From an uncultured Candidatus Actinomarina sp. (GTDB taxonomy: Bacteria; Actinomycetota; Acidimicrobiia; Actinomarinales; Actinomarinaceae): 60,581 nucleotides of DNA. The DNA is taken from contig CACJPC010000004.1 of NCBI GenBank assembly GCA_902595195.1, forward strand, positions 1-60,581. Reading direction: 5' to 3'. Of this stretch, positions 8,841 through 18,751 are shown in pieces. The notes under the pieces were generated by a model that was given only the letters and a program-made list of their open reading frames with translations, did no database searches and was not told the DNA's origin. The position numbers and the translations under genes are program-made. Position 1 is the first letter of the stretch; every line of letters starts with the position of its first letter.

Positions 8841-9284
8841 TTAATTTTTTCCAGTCGAACCAAAACCACCATCTGATCTATCTGATGTATCTAAGCTATC
8901 AACTTGATCAAAAATTAAATCACTCGTAGTAATGGCTACTAACTGTGCAATTCTTTCATGTCTTTTTACTATGTAGGTAACGTCTGAGTAGTTCATTAAA
9001 GGCACCATAAGCTCCCCCGTATATCCTGGATCAATAAGTCCTGGGGAGTTTATGGGCGATATTAAATGTTTAGTTGCTAATCCAGATCTTGGTAGTACAA
9101 AACCTCCTACATTTTTTGGTAACTGTATCGAGATCCCAAGATTGACTAAAACTACTTTTCCAGGAGCTATTGTGTAATCATTATCTGCGTATAAATCATA
9201 CCCGATATCATCCTTGTGACTTTTTTCAGGTATTTTCCCAAACTCATTAAGAATCTTTATTTTTATATTAAAATTATCTTTCAG
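8841..9284 (-). CDS. dut: dUTP diphosphatase (trimeric), missed by ORF track; probable CTG start
   Basis: Manual translation shows all five motifs: IGYDL, PRSGLA, PGLIDPGYTGE, ERIAQL, DRSDGGFGSTG. No in-frame ATG/GTG/TTG before motif 1; GAAAGG lies 6 nt before the CTG. Confidence 0.92.
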   Translation of the reverse strand: MKDNFNIKIKILNEFGKIPEKSHKDDIGYDLYADNDYTIAPGKVVLVNLGISIQLPKNVGGFVLPRSGLATKHLISPINSPGLIDPGYTGELMVPLMNYSDVTYIVKRHERIAQLVAITTSDLIFDQVDSLDTSDRSDGGFGSTGKN

Positions 9285-9297
9285 TGGTAGCCTTTCA

Positions 9298-10365
9298 ATG
9301 ATGAATATTAGAGATTATTTTTCAATAAATAAAACTAAAACATCTAATAAAATCAAAATTCTTGATTTATTAGGTTTCGAACCTGATATTGAAATAGATT
9401 CCTCACAGTATCAAGTAGATATCGTAGATGAATCTATAAGTGCTGAACAACAAACTTTTGAAGAATTAATTTCCTCAACAGAAGATCTCATTGTTGAAGT
9501 TAAAAAGCCTAGTATTGAGACATACTTAGATACTGCAGAATCAGATTCTTTAGAAGCACCAACTGATACATTCAATCCACTTAAAATCACTGAACAGATT
9601 CAAAGAGTATGGTCTGATCTAGAAAGTCGTAGACAATGGGTCTTACCAACTTTCATAGGTTTATCGACTGTTTTAGTAATATTTATCGCTGTAAATAGTT
9701 ACTTAGATTATAGAAACACCCAAACAGAAATAATTGAAGACGCAATAGTAGTAACTTCTAATTCAAATGAGCTTATAGATTTGCTACCTACTTTGATTGA
9801 AATATCTACTAATACTTTTTACTCAAAGTACGATGTATCAAATGCAAGTGCTAATTTACAACAGATTGAATCATCTTTAATTGAATATAGAGCAAATCTA
9901 GAATCAAGAAATGATTTAGATAATAAATCGACTGTTATAGATAATCTAAATAATGTGTTTTTACTAGTTAATGAGCTTGATCTAGTTATAACTTACAGGA
10001 TTTTAATTTCTGAGGTGCTTATATATGGAGAGTTACCAGTTGATGAAGATCAAATTAATATAGATGAGTTAACAATAGAGTTGTCTGGAATTATTGCACA
10101 AAGTAAGGTTAATTTTTCAAATTTACCTGAAATAGAGGAATTTAACAATCACAAAAACTTAGTTGAAGTAGCACTAGTAACAGCTGAAGATTTACATGGA
10201 AGATATCTTGCCGCGTTAAGAAATAATGAATATGATGTTGCTAAATCTATAGTTTCAGCAATTAATTTGAATAAATCAACAGAAATTAAAGCTTTTGAAA
10301 ATGCATTGGAAGATTTTAATAATAAAAGTTTGAATGCTTATAATAATTTCGAAGACTTGCCTTAA
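9298..10365 (+). CDS. Hypothetical single-pass membrane protein with acidic N-terminus and helical C-terminal domain
   Basis: TM segment WVLPTFIGLSTVLVIFIAV; 355-aa ORF. Confidence 0.7.
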   Translation: MMNIRDYFSINKTKTSNKIKILDLLGFEPDIEIDSSQYQVDIVDESISAEQQTFEELISSTEDLIVEVKKPSIETYLDTAESDSLEAPTDTFNPLKITEQIQRVWSDLESRRQWVLPTFIGLSTVLVIFIAVNSYLDYRNTQTEIIEDAIVVTSNSNELIDLLPTLIEISTNTFYSKYDVSNASANLQQIESSLIEYRANLESRNDLDNKSTVIDNLNNVFLLVNELDLVITYRILISEVLIYGELPVDEDQINIDELTIELSGIIAQSKVNFSNLPEIEEFNNHKNLVEVALVTAEDLHGRYLAALRNNEYDVAKSIVSAINLNKSTEIKAFENALEDFNNKSLNAYNNFEDLP

Positions 10366-10366
10366 T

Positions 10367-10804
10367 CTATAACTCTGCAACTTCTTTTTCAAAGTCTGAT
10401 GCGTCTGAAAATTCTTTATAAACTGATGCAAACCTTAAGTATGCTACTTTGTTTGTTTCTTTAAGATGACTTAAAACTGTTTCACCAATAACTTCACTTT
10501 TAATTTTTGCACCTTTTTCCTTAATTTCATTGTAAATATTATCAACAAGGGTTTTTAGTTGCTTTTCATTAAGATCTAAACCACCAAATGCATTTTCTAT
10601 ACCTTTGAATAGTTTCTCATAGTTGAATTCTTGCAATTCACCACTTCTTTTTTGGACAAAGAGACCGATTTCTGCTTTTTCATAAGTAGTAAATCTCAAA
10701 TTACACTTTGGGCACTCTCTTCTTCTTCGAATCGAGTTACCTTCATTGTTTTTTCTAGAGTCTACAACATTTGTTTCTTGCTTATTACAATAAGGACATA
10801 CCAT
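10367..10804 (-). CDS. nrdR: Transcriptional repressor NrdR
   Basis: CPYC, VVDSR, IRRRRECPKC, RFTTYE, ATP cone, YLRFASVY. Confidence 0.97.
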   Translation of the reverse strand: MVCPYCNKQETNVVDSRKNNEGNSIRRRRECPKCNLRFTTYEKAEIGLFVQKRSGELQEFNYEKLFKGIENAFGGLDLNEKQLKTLVDNIYNEIKEKGAKIKSEVIGETVLSHLKETNKVAYLRFASVYKEFSDASDFEKEVAEL

Positions 10805-10840
10805 ATATAGTATTTATTATAATTAGATCTAAATGTTGTA

Positions 10841-11113
10841 TCAAATATTTATCGGAATAACTAAAATTTTGTTAACTTCTAAAAGATATGAATCTAAATT
10901 ATTAATAATCATGAGTTCATTTATAAAATTTTCCTTATTTGATGGATTATAATTATCAGCAATGTCCCATAATGTATCCCCTGACCTAATTTTGTACTGA
11001 ATTGTTGTAATTTCTTGATCAGAATTATTTGAATTTAATGGTTGTTTTACAAAATTAATGACAAATCCACTCAAAAAGTACATAATTACAAAAAGTTTTA
11101 TAAAATTTTTCAT
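10841..11113 (-). CDS. Membrane-anchored LysM protein (YneA/ChiZ-like SOS division inhibitor)
   Basis: N-terminal TM plus YKIRSGDTLWDIA LysM; divergent from lexA. Confidence 0.82.
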   Translation of the reverse strand: MKNFIKLFVIMYFLSGFVINFVKQPLNSNNSDQEITTIQYKIRSGDTLWDIADNYNPSNKENFINELMIINNLDSYLLEVNKILVIPINI

Positions 11114-11119
11114 ATTTTA

Positions 11120-11141
11120 AATATAAAAAAGAAGTAAGACA
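11120..11141 (-). promoter_or_regulatory. TGTC-N12-TATATT promoter (RecA-NDp/PafBC-like) of the LysM gene
   Basis: Minus strand TGTCttacttctttttTATATTtaaaatATG. Confidence 0.5.
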
Positions 11142-11148
11142 TTTTTTT

Positions 11149-11164
11149 TCGAACATTTGTTCTA
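11149..11164. promoter_or_regulatory. LexA (SOS) box
   Basis: TCGAACATTTGTTCTA, one mismatch to TCGAAC-N4-GTTCGA, between divergent LysM and lexA. Confidence 0.85.
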
Positions 11165-11183
11165 ATTTATGGTATAATTTATT

Positions 11184-11774
11184 ATGAAATTAAATAAGCA
11201 ACAAGAAATATTGCAATTTATCCAAAATAAACTTGAAAATGAGGGCTACTCTCCTTCAATCAGAGAAATAGCAGAAGAGGTAAATCTAAAATCTACAAGT
11301 TCTGTCCAATATCATTTAAATAATTTAATTGAAAAAGGTTTATTAAATAAAAAAGCAAATCAATCTAGGACACTTACTAGCAATAGATTAATGACTAGTT
11401 TTAAATCAGTACCTGTAGTTGGTGAAATTGCAGCTGGAGCGCCACTGTTGGCTGAAGAAAACAAAATTGGTGAAATATCTGTCCCACAAGAAAAGTTTAA
11501 TAATAACTTGTTTGCTTTAAAAATTAATGGTGATTCTATGGTAGATGCAGGAATTTATCATGAAGATATTGTTGTTATTGATAAAGGAATAGAACCAAAA
11601 AATGGTGATATAGGTGCATTTATGATAAATGAAACAGAAGCTACAGTAAAATTTCTAGATACCATTTCAGGTAAAAGGTATCTAATACCAGCTAATAAAA
11701 GCTACGAAAATCAGGAAGTAAATTCAAATATTCAACCTATTGGTAAAGTTGTTAGTTTATTTAGAGATATATAA
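11184..11774 (+). CDS. lexA: LexA repressor
   Basis: PSIREIA wHTH, IAAG cleavage site, GDSM Ser, ATVK Lys. Confidence 0.96.
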   Translation: MKLNKQQEILQFIQNKLENEGYSPSIREIAEEVNLKSTSSVQYHLNNLIEKGLLNKKANQSRTLTSNRLMTSFKSVPVVGEIAAGAPLLAEENKIGEISVPQEKFNNNLFALKINGDSMVDAGIYHEDIVVIDKGIEPKNGDIGAFMINETEATVKFLDTISGKRYLIPANKSYENQEVNSNIQPIGKVVSLFRDI

Positions 11775-12495
11775 CTTCTCCGGATAAATATAAATCTTCG
11801 TTCTCAAATCTTAAATTAAGTTCTCCGCCAGGATAAAGAATATATCCGTTTGTTCCAATTCTGTTGGTTTTTGAGAGGTAGTTAAACATGCATAATGCAC
11901 CAGATCCACATGCATCTGTCTCCCCAACTCCCCTTTCATATACTCGAGCTTTTACATATTCTTTATTTATAATTTCGTAAATTTCTAAATTAACTCCAGA
12001 TGCAAAATTTTCATTATTATTTACTAACTGATATAAGTCTTCGAGCTCAAAGCTTTCAACATTATTCACTTCAACCATGAAATGTGGGTTACCTACAGTA
12101 GATACAATTCCTTTATGATTGTTTATTTCAATATGTTTTTCGTTGTATTCAGGAATAGGTGCCAACAACTCAACGGTATTATCATTTACTCTAACTTTTA
12201 TATCAGATACCGGAGCAATAACCACAAACTCATTATTTGTAACAAATTGATTATCAAGAGAGTATTTAGCTACGCATCTTACACCGTTAACACATAATTC
12301 AGCTTTAGAGCCATCATTATTGAAGTAATGCATTTTCACTGTTAATTTATCGATTTGTTCAACAAATATAACTCCATCTACATCAAACTCTGAATCACTT
12401 ACTAAAGCAATAATTTGAATATCAGATACAGGTCCGTCATATTCACCAACAAGAAAGTCATTACCGGTTCCAGACATATAAGCAAAGTTACTCAT
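11761..12495 (-). CDS. dapF: Diaminopimelate epimerase
   Basis: GTGNDF, AELCVNG, GNPH, VYERGVGETDACGSG. Confidence 0.95.
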   Translation of the reverse strand: MSNFAYMSGTGNDFLVGEYDGPVSDIQIIALVSDSEFDVDGVIFVEQIDKLTVKMHYFNNDGSKAELCVNGVRCVAKYSLDNQFVTNNEFVVIAPVSDIKVRVNDNTVELLAPIPEYNEKHIEINNHKGIVSTVGNPHFMVEVNNVESFELEDLYQLVNNNENFASGVNLEIYEIINKEYVKARVYERGVGETDACGSGALCMFNYLSKTNRIGTNGYILYPGGELNLRFENEDLYLSGEVIYL

Positions 12496-13312
12496 TTATG
12501 ATTTCCATTATATCTTTGTAAACATCATCTGGGTTTTCACTATTAATCATTTTTAATCGGTCTTCTTTTTTAAACCATGTAATTTGTTTTTTACCAAGTC
12601 TTTTTGTTTTTATATTAATATTTTCTTCTATATCTTCTGATAAATTTAATCCAATGGCTTGTAAAACAGTCTTTGATGGATAAGAAATTGAATTAATTTC
12701 ATCAAGTAAGCCGTCAGCAATCATTTGTTTAGTTCTTTTCTCAATATTTTCTTTATAATTTGGGTGATTCCAAAATACTCCAACTGATCCATTAGGTAAA
12801 TTTAATTGTGGAAATACATACTTTGCTTCATCAAGCATAAAATTTTCAATATTTCTCATTAGCCTTCTTTTGTTTAATTCAATATCCGGAATAGGAATAT
12901 TGTTTAGATTATGAAATTTTATTAATTGATCATAATTCAACTGTTCTAATTCAGATCTTATTGTTGGATCTGTAGGTCTGAACTCGTATCTATCTATAAT
13001 AGCTTTTATGTAAAGACCTGATCCGCCGACAGCTAAAATGTCTTCACTATAAGTTTTTTCAGGAATATCTTGATCTATTAAGTAATTCAAATAATCAATA
13101 ATCGAGAAATTCTGATCAGGATCAGCAATATCAAGACCATAATATTTTACCTGCGCTTGCATAACATCTGTTGGTTTCGCAGTAAGGATGTCTAATCCTT
13201 TATATACTGCCATTGAATCCACAGATAAAATAGACATATTTTTCTCTAATGCAATCTTATGTGCTAAATTGCTTTTACCTGATGCAGTTATTCCAGTTAA
13301 AAAATATAACAA
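12488..13312 (-). CDS. miaA: tRNA dimethylallyltransferase
   Basis: GITASGKS, DSMAVYKGLDILTAKP, VGGSGLY, KKQITWF. Confidence 0.95.
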   Translation of the reverse strand: MLYFLTGITASGKSNLAHKIALEKNMSILSVDSMAVYKGLDILTAKPTDVMQAQVKYYGLDIADPDQNFSIIDYLNYLIDQDIPEKTYSEDILAVGGSGLYIKAIIDRYEFRPTDPTIRSELEQLNYDQLIKFHNLNNIPIPDIELNKRRLMRNIENFMLDEAKYVFPQLNLPNGSVGVFWNHPNYKENIEKRTKQMIADGLLDEINSISYPSKTVLQAIGLNLSEDIEENINIKTKRLGKKQITWFKKEDRLKMINSENPDDVYKDIMEIINE

Positions 13313-14689
13313 TTATAAAAGTTCTGCCTTTAAATAAAATGGAGTTGTATCAACAATCTTTACATTGACAATATCACCAACTGAAATATTGTCTTTTGAT
13401 ATATGGGTTAACTGCCCCCCATCAATTCTTCCAGTGAATATTTCAGAATTTTTTTTAGAAGTTTTTTCAATTAATAGTTTTTGTTCAGTGTTTAGAAATC
13501 TTTTATATCTTTTTTCACTTATATCTGTTTGCAAATCTTTTAATCTTAAAAATCTATCATTTATAACATCATTGCTTATAAATTCATCTTTCATATCATA
13601 AGCTAAAGTTCCAGGTCTGGGTGAGAACTTAAACATATAAACCAAATCAAATTTGGAATATTCAACTACATCTAAAGTGTCTTGAAAATCTTTTTCAGTT
13701 TCTCCGGGAAATCCAACAATAATATCTGAAGTTAAAGATACATCTGGGATAATTTTCCTTATCATATCTACTTTTTCAATGAATCTCTCTTTGTTGTAGC
13801 CTCTATGCATTTTTGAGAGAATATTAGAACTACCACTTTGAAGGGGTACGTGAACTTGGTTGCAAACATTTTTTAATTTTTTAACACTTTCAATAGTTTC
13901 TGCCTTGAAATCTTTAGGATGTGGTGATGTAAATCTAATTCTCTCTAATCCTTTTATATCATTTAGTTGCTCTAACAGTTGTGAAAAGTATGGTCTTGCT
14001 TTTCCTTCAATTTTTAAATCTCTACCATATGAATTTACGTTTTGACCCAGTAACGTAATTTCTTTAACTCCTTCATCAACCAATTTTTTAGCTTCATTTA
14101 CAATATCACTAGGCCTTCTACTTATCTCCTGTCCTCTCACTGATGGAACAATACAAAAAGTACAAGAATTGTTACATCCTATTTGAATTGTTACCCATGC
14201 TGAATACTCTGATTCACGTATTGAGGGTGCTTCTGTAGGAAGAGTTTCAATCTCATCAATTATTTCAGTTAAAGGGCCCCAATCTTCTGATCTATTTAAT
14301 AAATCAACTACATTAGTTAAATTATGAGTACCAATAACTACATCTACCCATGGAGCTTTCTGTCTTACAAGTTCTTTATCTTTTTGTGCTGCACATCCAC
14401 CAACAAGTAGTTTCCTGTTATCTTTTTCTGATTTCCATTGTTTTAGTTGTCCTAATGTACCATAAAGTTTGTCATCAGCGTTTTCTCTAATGGTGCAAGT
14501 ATTTACAAAAAGTACATCGGCATATTCTTCAGATATAGCTTTTGACATACCATCTAACTCAAACATGCCAGAAATTCTTTCTGAATCATGTTCATTCATT
14601 TGACAACCAAAAGTTTTTACAAAATATTTCTTACCAACCCTTGAAGGGTTAATCTGTATTTTTGATTTTATTTCTACTAATTGGTCCAC
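13313..14689 (-). CDS. miaB: tRNA-i6A37 methylthiotransferase
   Basis: TFGCQMNEHDSE, NTCTIRE, CNNSCTFC radical SAM motif, TRAM domain. Confidence 0.97.
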   Translation of the reverse strand: MDQLVEIKSKIQINPSRVGKKYFVKTFGCQMNEHDSERISGMFELDGMSKAISEEYADVLFVNTCTIRENADDKLYGTLGQLKQWKSEKDNRKLLVGGCAAQKDKELVRQKAPWVDVVIGTHNLTNVVDLLNRSEDWGPLTEIIDEIETLPTEAPSIRESEYSAWVTIQIGCNNSCTFCIVPSVRGQEISRRPSDIVNEAKKLVDEGVKEITLLGQNVNSYGRDLKIEGKARPYFSQLLEQLNDIKGLERIRFTSPHPKDFKAETIESVKKLKNVCNQVHVPLQSGSSNILSKMHRGYNKERFIEKVDMIRKIIPDVSLTSDIIVGFPGETEKDFQDTLDVVEYSKFDLVYMFKFSPRPGTLAYDMKDEFISNDVINDRFLRLKDLQTDISEKRYKRFLNTEQKLLIEKTSKKNSEIFTGRIDGGQLTHISKDNISVGDIVNVKIVDTTPFYLKAELL

Positions 14690-14731
14690 ATGTAGAGTAT
14701 AAAATTAAAATTTAATTAATTTTTAAATTTA

Positions 14732-15778
14732 TTACTCGGAAGTAGTATCTTCTGTTTCTTCCTCTGAAATGTCTTCATTGGATTCAGATTCTATTAAACC
14801 TACAGCTTTATAAACATCGGTTTCTAATTGTAATGCAATATCTGCATTCTCTCTAAGAAAACGTTTTGAATTTTCTTTACCTTGTCCAAGTTGAACTTCA
14901 TCATAAGTAAACCATGCTCCTGCTTTTCTTACTATTCCGTGATCTACGCCTACATCTAGTAAAGATCCCTCTCTTGATATTCCTTGACCAAACATAATGT
15001 CAAATTGTGCTTCTTTGAATGGTGGAGCAACTTTGTTTTTTACAATTTTAGCTCTTACTCTATTACCAATCATCTCGGCACCAATTTTGAGAGTTTCAAT
15101 CCTGCGAATATCAATACGAACTGAAGCATAAAACTTTAATGCCCTACCGCCGCTTGTTGTTTCAGGTGAACCCCACATTACTCCAATTTTTTCTCTAATT
15201 TGATTTATAAATATAACTGTTGTCTGTGTTTTATTTATTGATGAAGTTAATTTTCTCAAAGCTTGAGACATTAATCTTGCTTGTAATCCTACGTGTGATT
15301 GACCCATCTCACCATCAATTTCTGCTTGTGGTACAAGTGCTGCTACTGAATCAATAACAACTACATCAACTCCTTCAGAATCAATGAGCATATTTGCAAT
15401 TTCTAAAGCTTGTTCACCAGTATCTGGTTGTGAGACTAATAATTCATCAACATCTACACCTAATGCACTTGCGTAAATAGGATCCAATGCATGCTCGGCA
15501 TCAATAAAAGCTGCTACTCCACCAGCTTTTTGCGCTTCAGCTGCAATATGTAATGAAAGTGTTGTTTTTCCTGAACTCTCTGGTCCATAAATCTCTATTA
15601 CTCGACCTTTTGGAACACCACCTATTCCCAATGCTAAATCAATTGATAATGCTCCCGTTGAAATTGCTGGTATTTTTTTTACTTGTTCGGCACCAAGTTT
15701 CATAAGTGAGCCTTCGCCGAATTGTTTTTCAATTTGAGAAAAAACTGTATCTAGTTTTTTTGCCCTGTCTTTATCCAT
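14732..15778 (-). CDS. recA: Recombinase A
   Basis: [26 protein letters not shown]. Start placed at MDKD after AAGGAG RBS. Confidence 0.98.
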   Translation of the reverse strand: MDKDRAKKLDTVFSQIEKQFGEGSLMKLGAEQVKKIPAISTGALSIDLALGIGGVPKGRVIEIYGPESSGKTTLSLHIAAEAQKAGGVAAFIDAEHALDPIYASALGVDVDELLVSQPDTGEQALEIANMLIDSEGVDVVVIDSVAALVPQAEIDGEMGQSHVGLQARLMSQALRKLTSSINKTQTTVIFINQIREKIGVMWGSPETTSGGRALKFYASVRIDIRRIETLKIGAEMIGNRVRAKIVKNKVAPPFKEAQFDIMFGQGISREGSLLDVGVDHGIVRKAGAWFTYDEVQLGQGKENSKRFLRENADIALQLETDVYKAVGLIESESNEDISEEETEDTTSE

Positions 15779-15841
15779 TTTTAACTCCTTTAATAACAAT
15801 AATTAAAATATATTAAAACATCTTACTATGACATATTTTAA

Positions 15842-15857
15842 TCGAACATATGTTCGA
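15842..15857. promoter_or_regulatory. LexA (SOS) box upstream of recA
   Basis: Perfect palindrome TCGAACATATGTTCGA. Confidence 0.93.
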
Positions 15858-15863
15858 ATACAA

Positions 15864-17087
15864 CTATTTAATAAAATTAATTAGGTCCCAAATTGCATTA
15901 TTTACTGCTCTATTAATAATATCTTCTCTGCTACCCCTTAATTTATGGTAGAAATTTACTGTTTCCTTATTGTTAGAAATTGCAATAAATATTTCTCCAA
16001 TTTTGTAATTACTTGAAGGAATAGGCCCTGCTTCCCCGAGTATGGCTAAAGAAATCGAAGATTTATACTTTTTAATTGATTTTTCTGAAAGTTCTTTAGA
16101 CAATGTCTCCCAATCATCTGAAATATCATCGGAAAGATATTCTTTCTTAGCTTCATTAGAATATAGAGTATTCGCAGCTAATAATATTGAACTGGATCCA
16201 GGGTAATTAATTATTTCAGAGGATAAGTTACCTCCCGTTATGCTTTCGACTAAAGATAAAGATAAATTCTTTTCTTTCAATAAATTAAATAAAGCTTTAG
16301 AAGCAGGAATATTTTGATAACCAATTATTGAATCTTTAAAGGAATCTTCTAAATGTGTTAAAAATTCTTTTAGATTAACTTTATCAATTGAATTTTTATC
16401 ATATCTGAGTTTAATGATTCCTTTACTTGCTAAGTAAGCTAAATCTAAGCCTTCAGGTTTAAATTTATTAATTTCTTCAGCTAATGATGATTCTGCTTGA
16501 TTAAAAAATAAAACAAACTCATATTCTTTATTAGTAGTGGAAAAATTATCTTTTAATAAAGGTACAACTTCATCAATCACTAAAGGATTAAATTCTCTGG
16601 GAGGACCAGGAAGAATAAAAATATATTTTCCACTATGTTTTATTAGTATCCCTGGAGCTGTTCCTTGAGAGTTGATCAATTTTGTTGATCCCACAGGGAT
16701 TTGAGCTTGTTTTATGTTTGTTTCTGGCATAGTGAAACCTCTTGCTTCCCATCTAGATTTCATCCAAGATAAGTGCTCTTCGTCGACTTCTAAATCTATC
16801 TCTAAAGCACTGCAAATAACTTCTTTTGTAAAATCATCTTCTGTTGGGCCAATTCCCCCACATGAAATAATTACATCATTTTTATCGAATAATTTTAAGA
16901 ATTCGTCTTTTATGATTTCTTTTTTATCAGGTACAGTAACTTCAGAAGATAATATAAAACCATTGTTGTAAAGTGTTTGGCCTAGAGACGATAGATTTGT
17001 GTTAACAGTATCACCTAACAATAATTCTGTACCAACGCTTAATAGTGCTATATTCACAGTATTCACAATAGCAAAGTTATTATTCAA
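15864..17087 (-). CDS. cinA: CinA (MocF-like domain plus NMN deamidase PncC domain)
   Basis: VGTELLLG, GGIGPTEDDFT, GTAPG, LPGPPRE, ESITGG, YSNEAK; start may be GTG near 17057. Confidence 0.9.
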   Translation of the reverse strand: MNNNFAIVNTVNIALLSVGTELLLGDTVNTNLSSLGQTLYNNGFILSSEVTVPDKKEIIKDEFLKLFDKNDVIISCGGIGPTEDDFTKEVICSALEIDLEVDEEHLSWMKSRWEARGFTMPETNIKQAQIPVGSTKLINSQGTAPGILIKHSGKYIFILPGPPREFNPLVIDEVVPLLKDNFSTTNKEYEFVLFFNQAESSLAEEINKFKPEGLDLAYLASKGIIKLRYDKNSIDKVNLKEFLTHLEDSFKDSIIGYQNIPASKALFNLLKEKNLSLSLVESITGGNLSSEIINYPGSSSILLAANTLYSNEAKKEYLSDDISDDWETLSKELSEKSIKKYKSSISLAILGEAGPIPSSNYKIGEIFIAISNNKETVNFYHKLRGSREDIINRAVNNAIWDLINFIK

Positions 17088-17105
17088 TCATATTATGATT
17101 ATTTC

Positions 17106-17561
17106 ATGAAAAGATTTATATTAATTTTCCTCGTTTTTATAGCCTGTTCACAGGGTGCTGAAGTTGAAAGTGCAGAACCCATTAATGTAGTTTCGGATAG
17201 CTCTTTTTCATTTATAAATTCAGATCTTGTTGAAGATTCTGAAGACTTCACAAACAAAAAAACAATAATTGTCTTCTGGGCAGATTACTGAAGTGTTTGT
17301 AGACAGGAGTTGCCTGTCCTAGAAGCTGAATTAGAAAATCTACAAGAAGAATATGATATTATTGCTCTTGCTCACAGTGAGTATGGTCCAACTTTAGAGT
17401 GGGTAGATGAAAACTTAGAAGGTAAATTAAAAATTGGTTTTTCCACTCCTCAATTAAGAGATTATTTTAAAGTAGTTGGACAGCCTATAACTTTAATTCT
17501 AGATACAAATGGTGAAGTAATTTTTAGAGATTTTGGCGAAATAAAGTTTACAAATTTTTAA
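17106..17561 (+). CDS. Thioredoxin-like (TlpA/ResA-type) lipoprotein with selenocysteine, UxxC motif
   Basis: ORFs 17106-17291 and 17310-17561 are in frame. Read-through gives VFWADY-U-SVCRQELPVLE, plus GQP cis-Pro motif and lipobox-like FIAC. Confidence 0.85.
17300..17321 (+). promoter_or_regulatory. Bacterial SECIS-like hairpin
   Basis: GACAGG-AGTTG-CCTGTC stem-loop starting about 10 nt after the in-frame UGA (17289-17291). Confidence 0.7.
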
Positions 17562-17622
17562 CTTAACTTAAGATCCTTAAATCCTAAATATGTAATATGG
17601 GATTATAAGCTAGCGGAGGATA

Positions 17623-18744
17623 ATGATGAAAAAATCATTACTACTTCTACTCTGTCTTGCATTAGTTGCTACTGCTTGTGGTGGCTCTGCTGAAGAGACT
17701 GTAGAAGAACCCGTTGCTACGGAAGAAGTCGAAACTTTAGAGGCTCCAGCAACCACTGCTGCGCCAACTTTAGATAAAATTGTTTTTGGCTTTGTACCTA
17801 GCGCGGAACAAGCCGAATTATTAGACAACATTCAACCAATGATGAAAGTTTTGACTGATGGTTTGGGTATTGAAGTTGAAGGATTTGTAACAAGTGACTA
17901 TTCAGGTCTACTAGTTGCAATGGGATCTGGTCAAGCTGACGTAGGTGCTTTTGCAACCTTGGGTTATGTAACAGCAATGGAAGCATTTCCAAGAAGATTT
18001 GAAGCAATTGCTAAATCAGTAAGGTATGGCTCTGGATCGTATCACGGAACATTCTGGACAACAGACGCAAGTATTTGTGATTCTCCACCAGTTATAGGTG
18101 CTTTTGAAAATATCAATGGTGTACCAACTCTAGTAACTGGTTCAGAAACAACTCCACCTGATGTAAAAGCTCTACAGGTAGGTTGGGGATTTGGTGATTC
18201 TGGGTTAATCCCAGAAGTTCGAGACGGTGTTACAACTAGTCCTGGACTTGCTTGCGAAGCAGATCTATCTGTTATGTTGGGAGAGGAAGTACTTTTTGTT
18301 GAAGAAGGTTCAACATCAGGTTACTTATATCCATCTCTACAACTTAAAAAAGCAGGAATTGATTATACAAGTGATATAACTCAAAGATTTGCTGGTTCAC
18401 ATGATGGTGTTATTGCTGGTCTTTATAATGGTGATGCAAAGTTTGGTGTTACATATGATGACGCAAGAAGAACATTAAGAAAAACAAATGCTGATGTAGG
18501 CGAAAAAGTCATAGCATTTGCAATTACAGAAGAAATACCAAATGATGTGATTGCAGTTAGAACAGATTTGCCTGAAGATATTAAACAGCAAATTTATGAT
18601 ATTTTAGCTGAATATATTGCTACTGAAGAAGGTAGAGCCATAATGGATGAAATTTATGGATGGACTGATTTAGTGCCTGCAGAAAACTCAGAGTTTGATG
18701 TGGTTAGAGAAGCAGCAGAAGAATTTGGTCTTTACGACGACTAA
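17623..18744 (+). CDS. phnD: Phosphate/phosphite/phosphonate ABC transporter substrate-binding lipoprotein
   Basis: Lipobox ATAC, FGFVPS, GSTSGYLYP, AGSHD, IPND. Confidence 0.88.
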   Translation: MMKKSLLLLLCLALVATACGGSAEETVEEPVATEEVETLEAPATTAAPTLDKIVFGFVPSAEQAELLDNIQPMMKVLTDGLGIEVEGFVTSDYSGLLVAMGSGQADVGAFATLGYVTAMEAFPRRFEAIAKSVRYGSGSYHGTFWTTDASICDSPPVIGAFENINGVPTLVTGSETTPPDVKALQVGWGFGDSGLIPEVRDGVTTSPGLACEADLSVMLGEEVLFVEEGSTSGYLYPSLQLKKAGIDYTSDITQRFAGSHDGVIAGLYNGDAKFGVTYDDARRTLRKTNADVGEKVIAFAITEEIPNDVIAVRTDLPEDIKQQIYDILAEYIATEEGRAIMDEIYGWTDLVPAENSEFDVVREAAEEFGLYDD

Positions 18745-18751
18745 TTAATAT

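Noticed and set aside
17555-17590. TTAA repeats upstream of phnD as a Pho box
   Set aside because: Spacing is 5, 5 and 9 nt rather than 11-bp periodic, and such repeats are expected in AT-rich DNA
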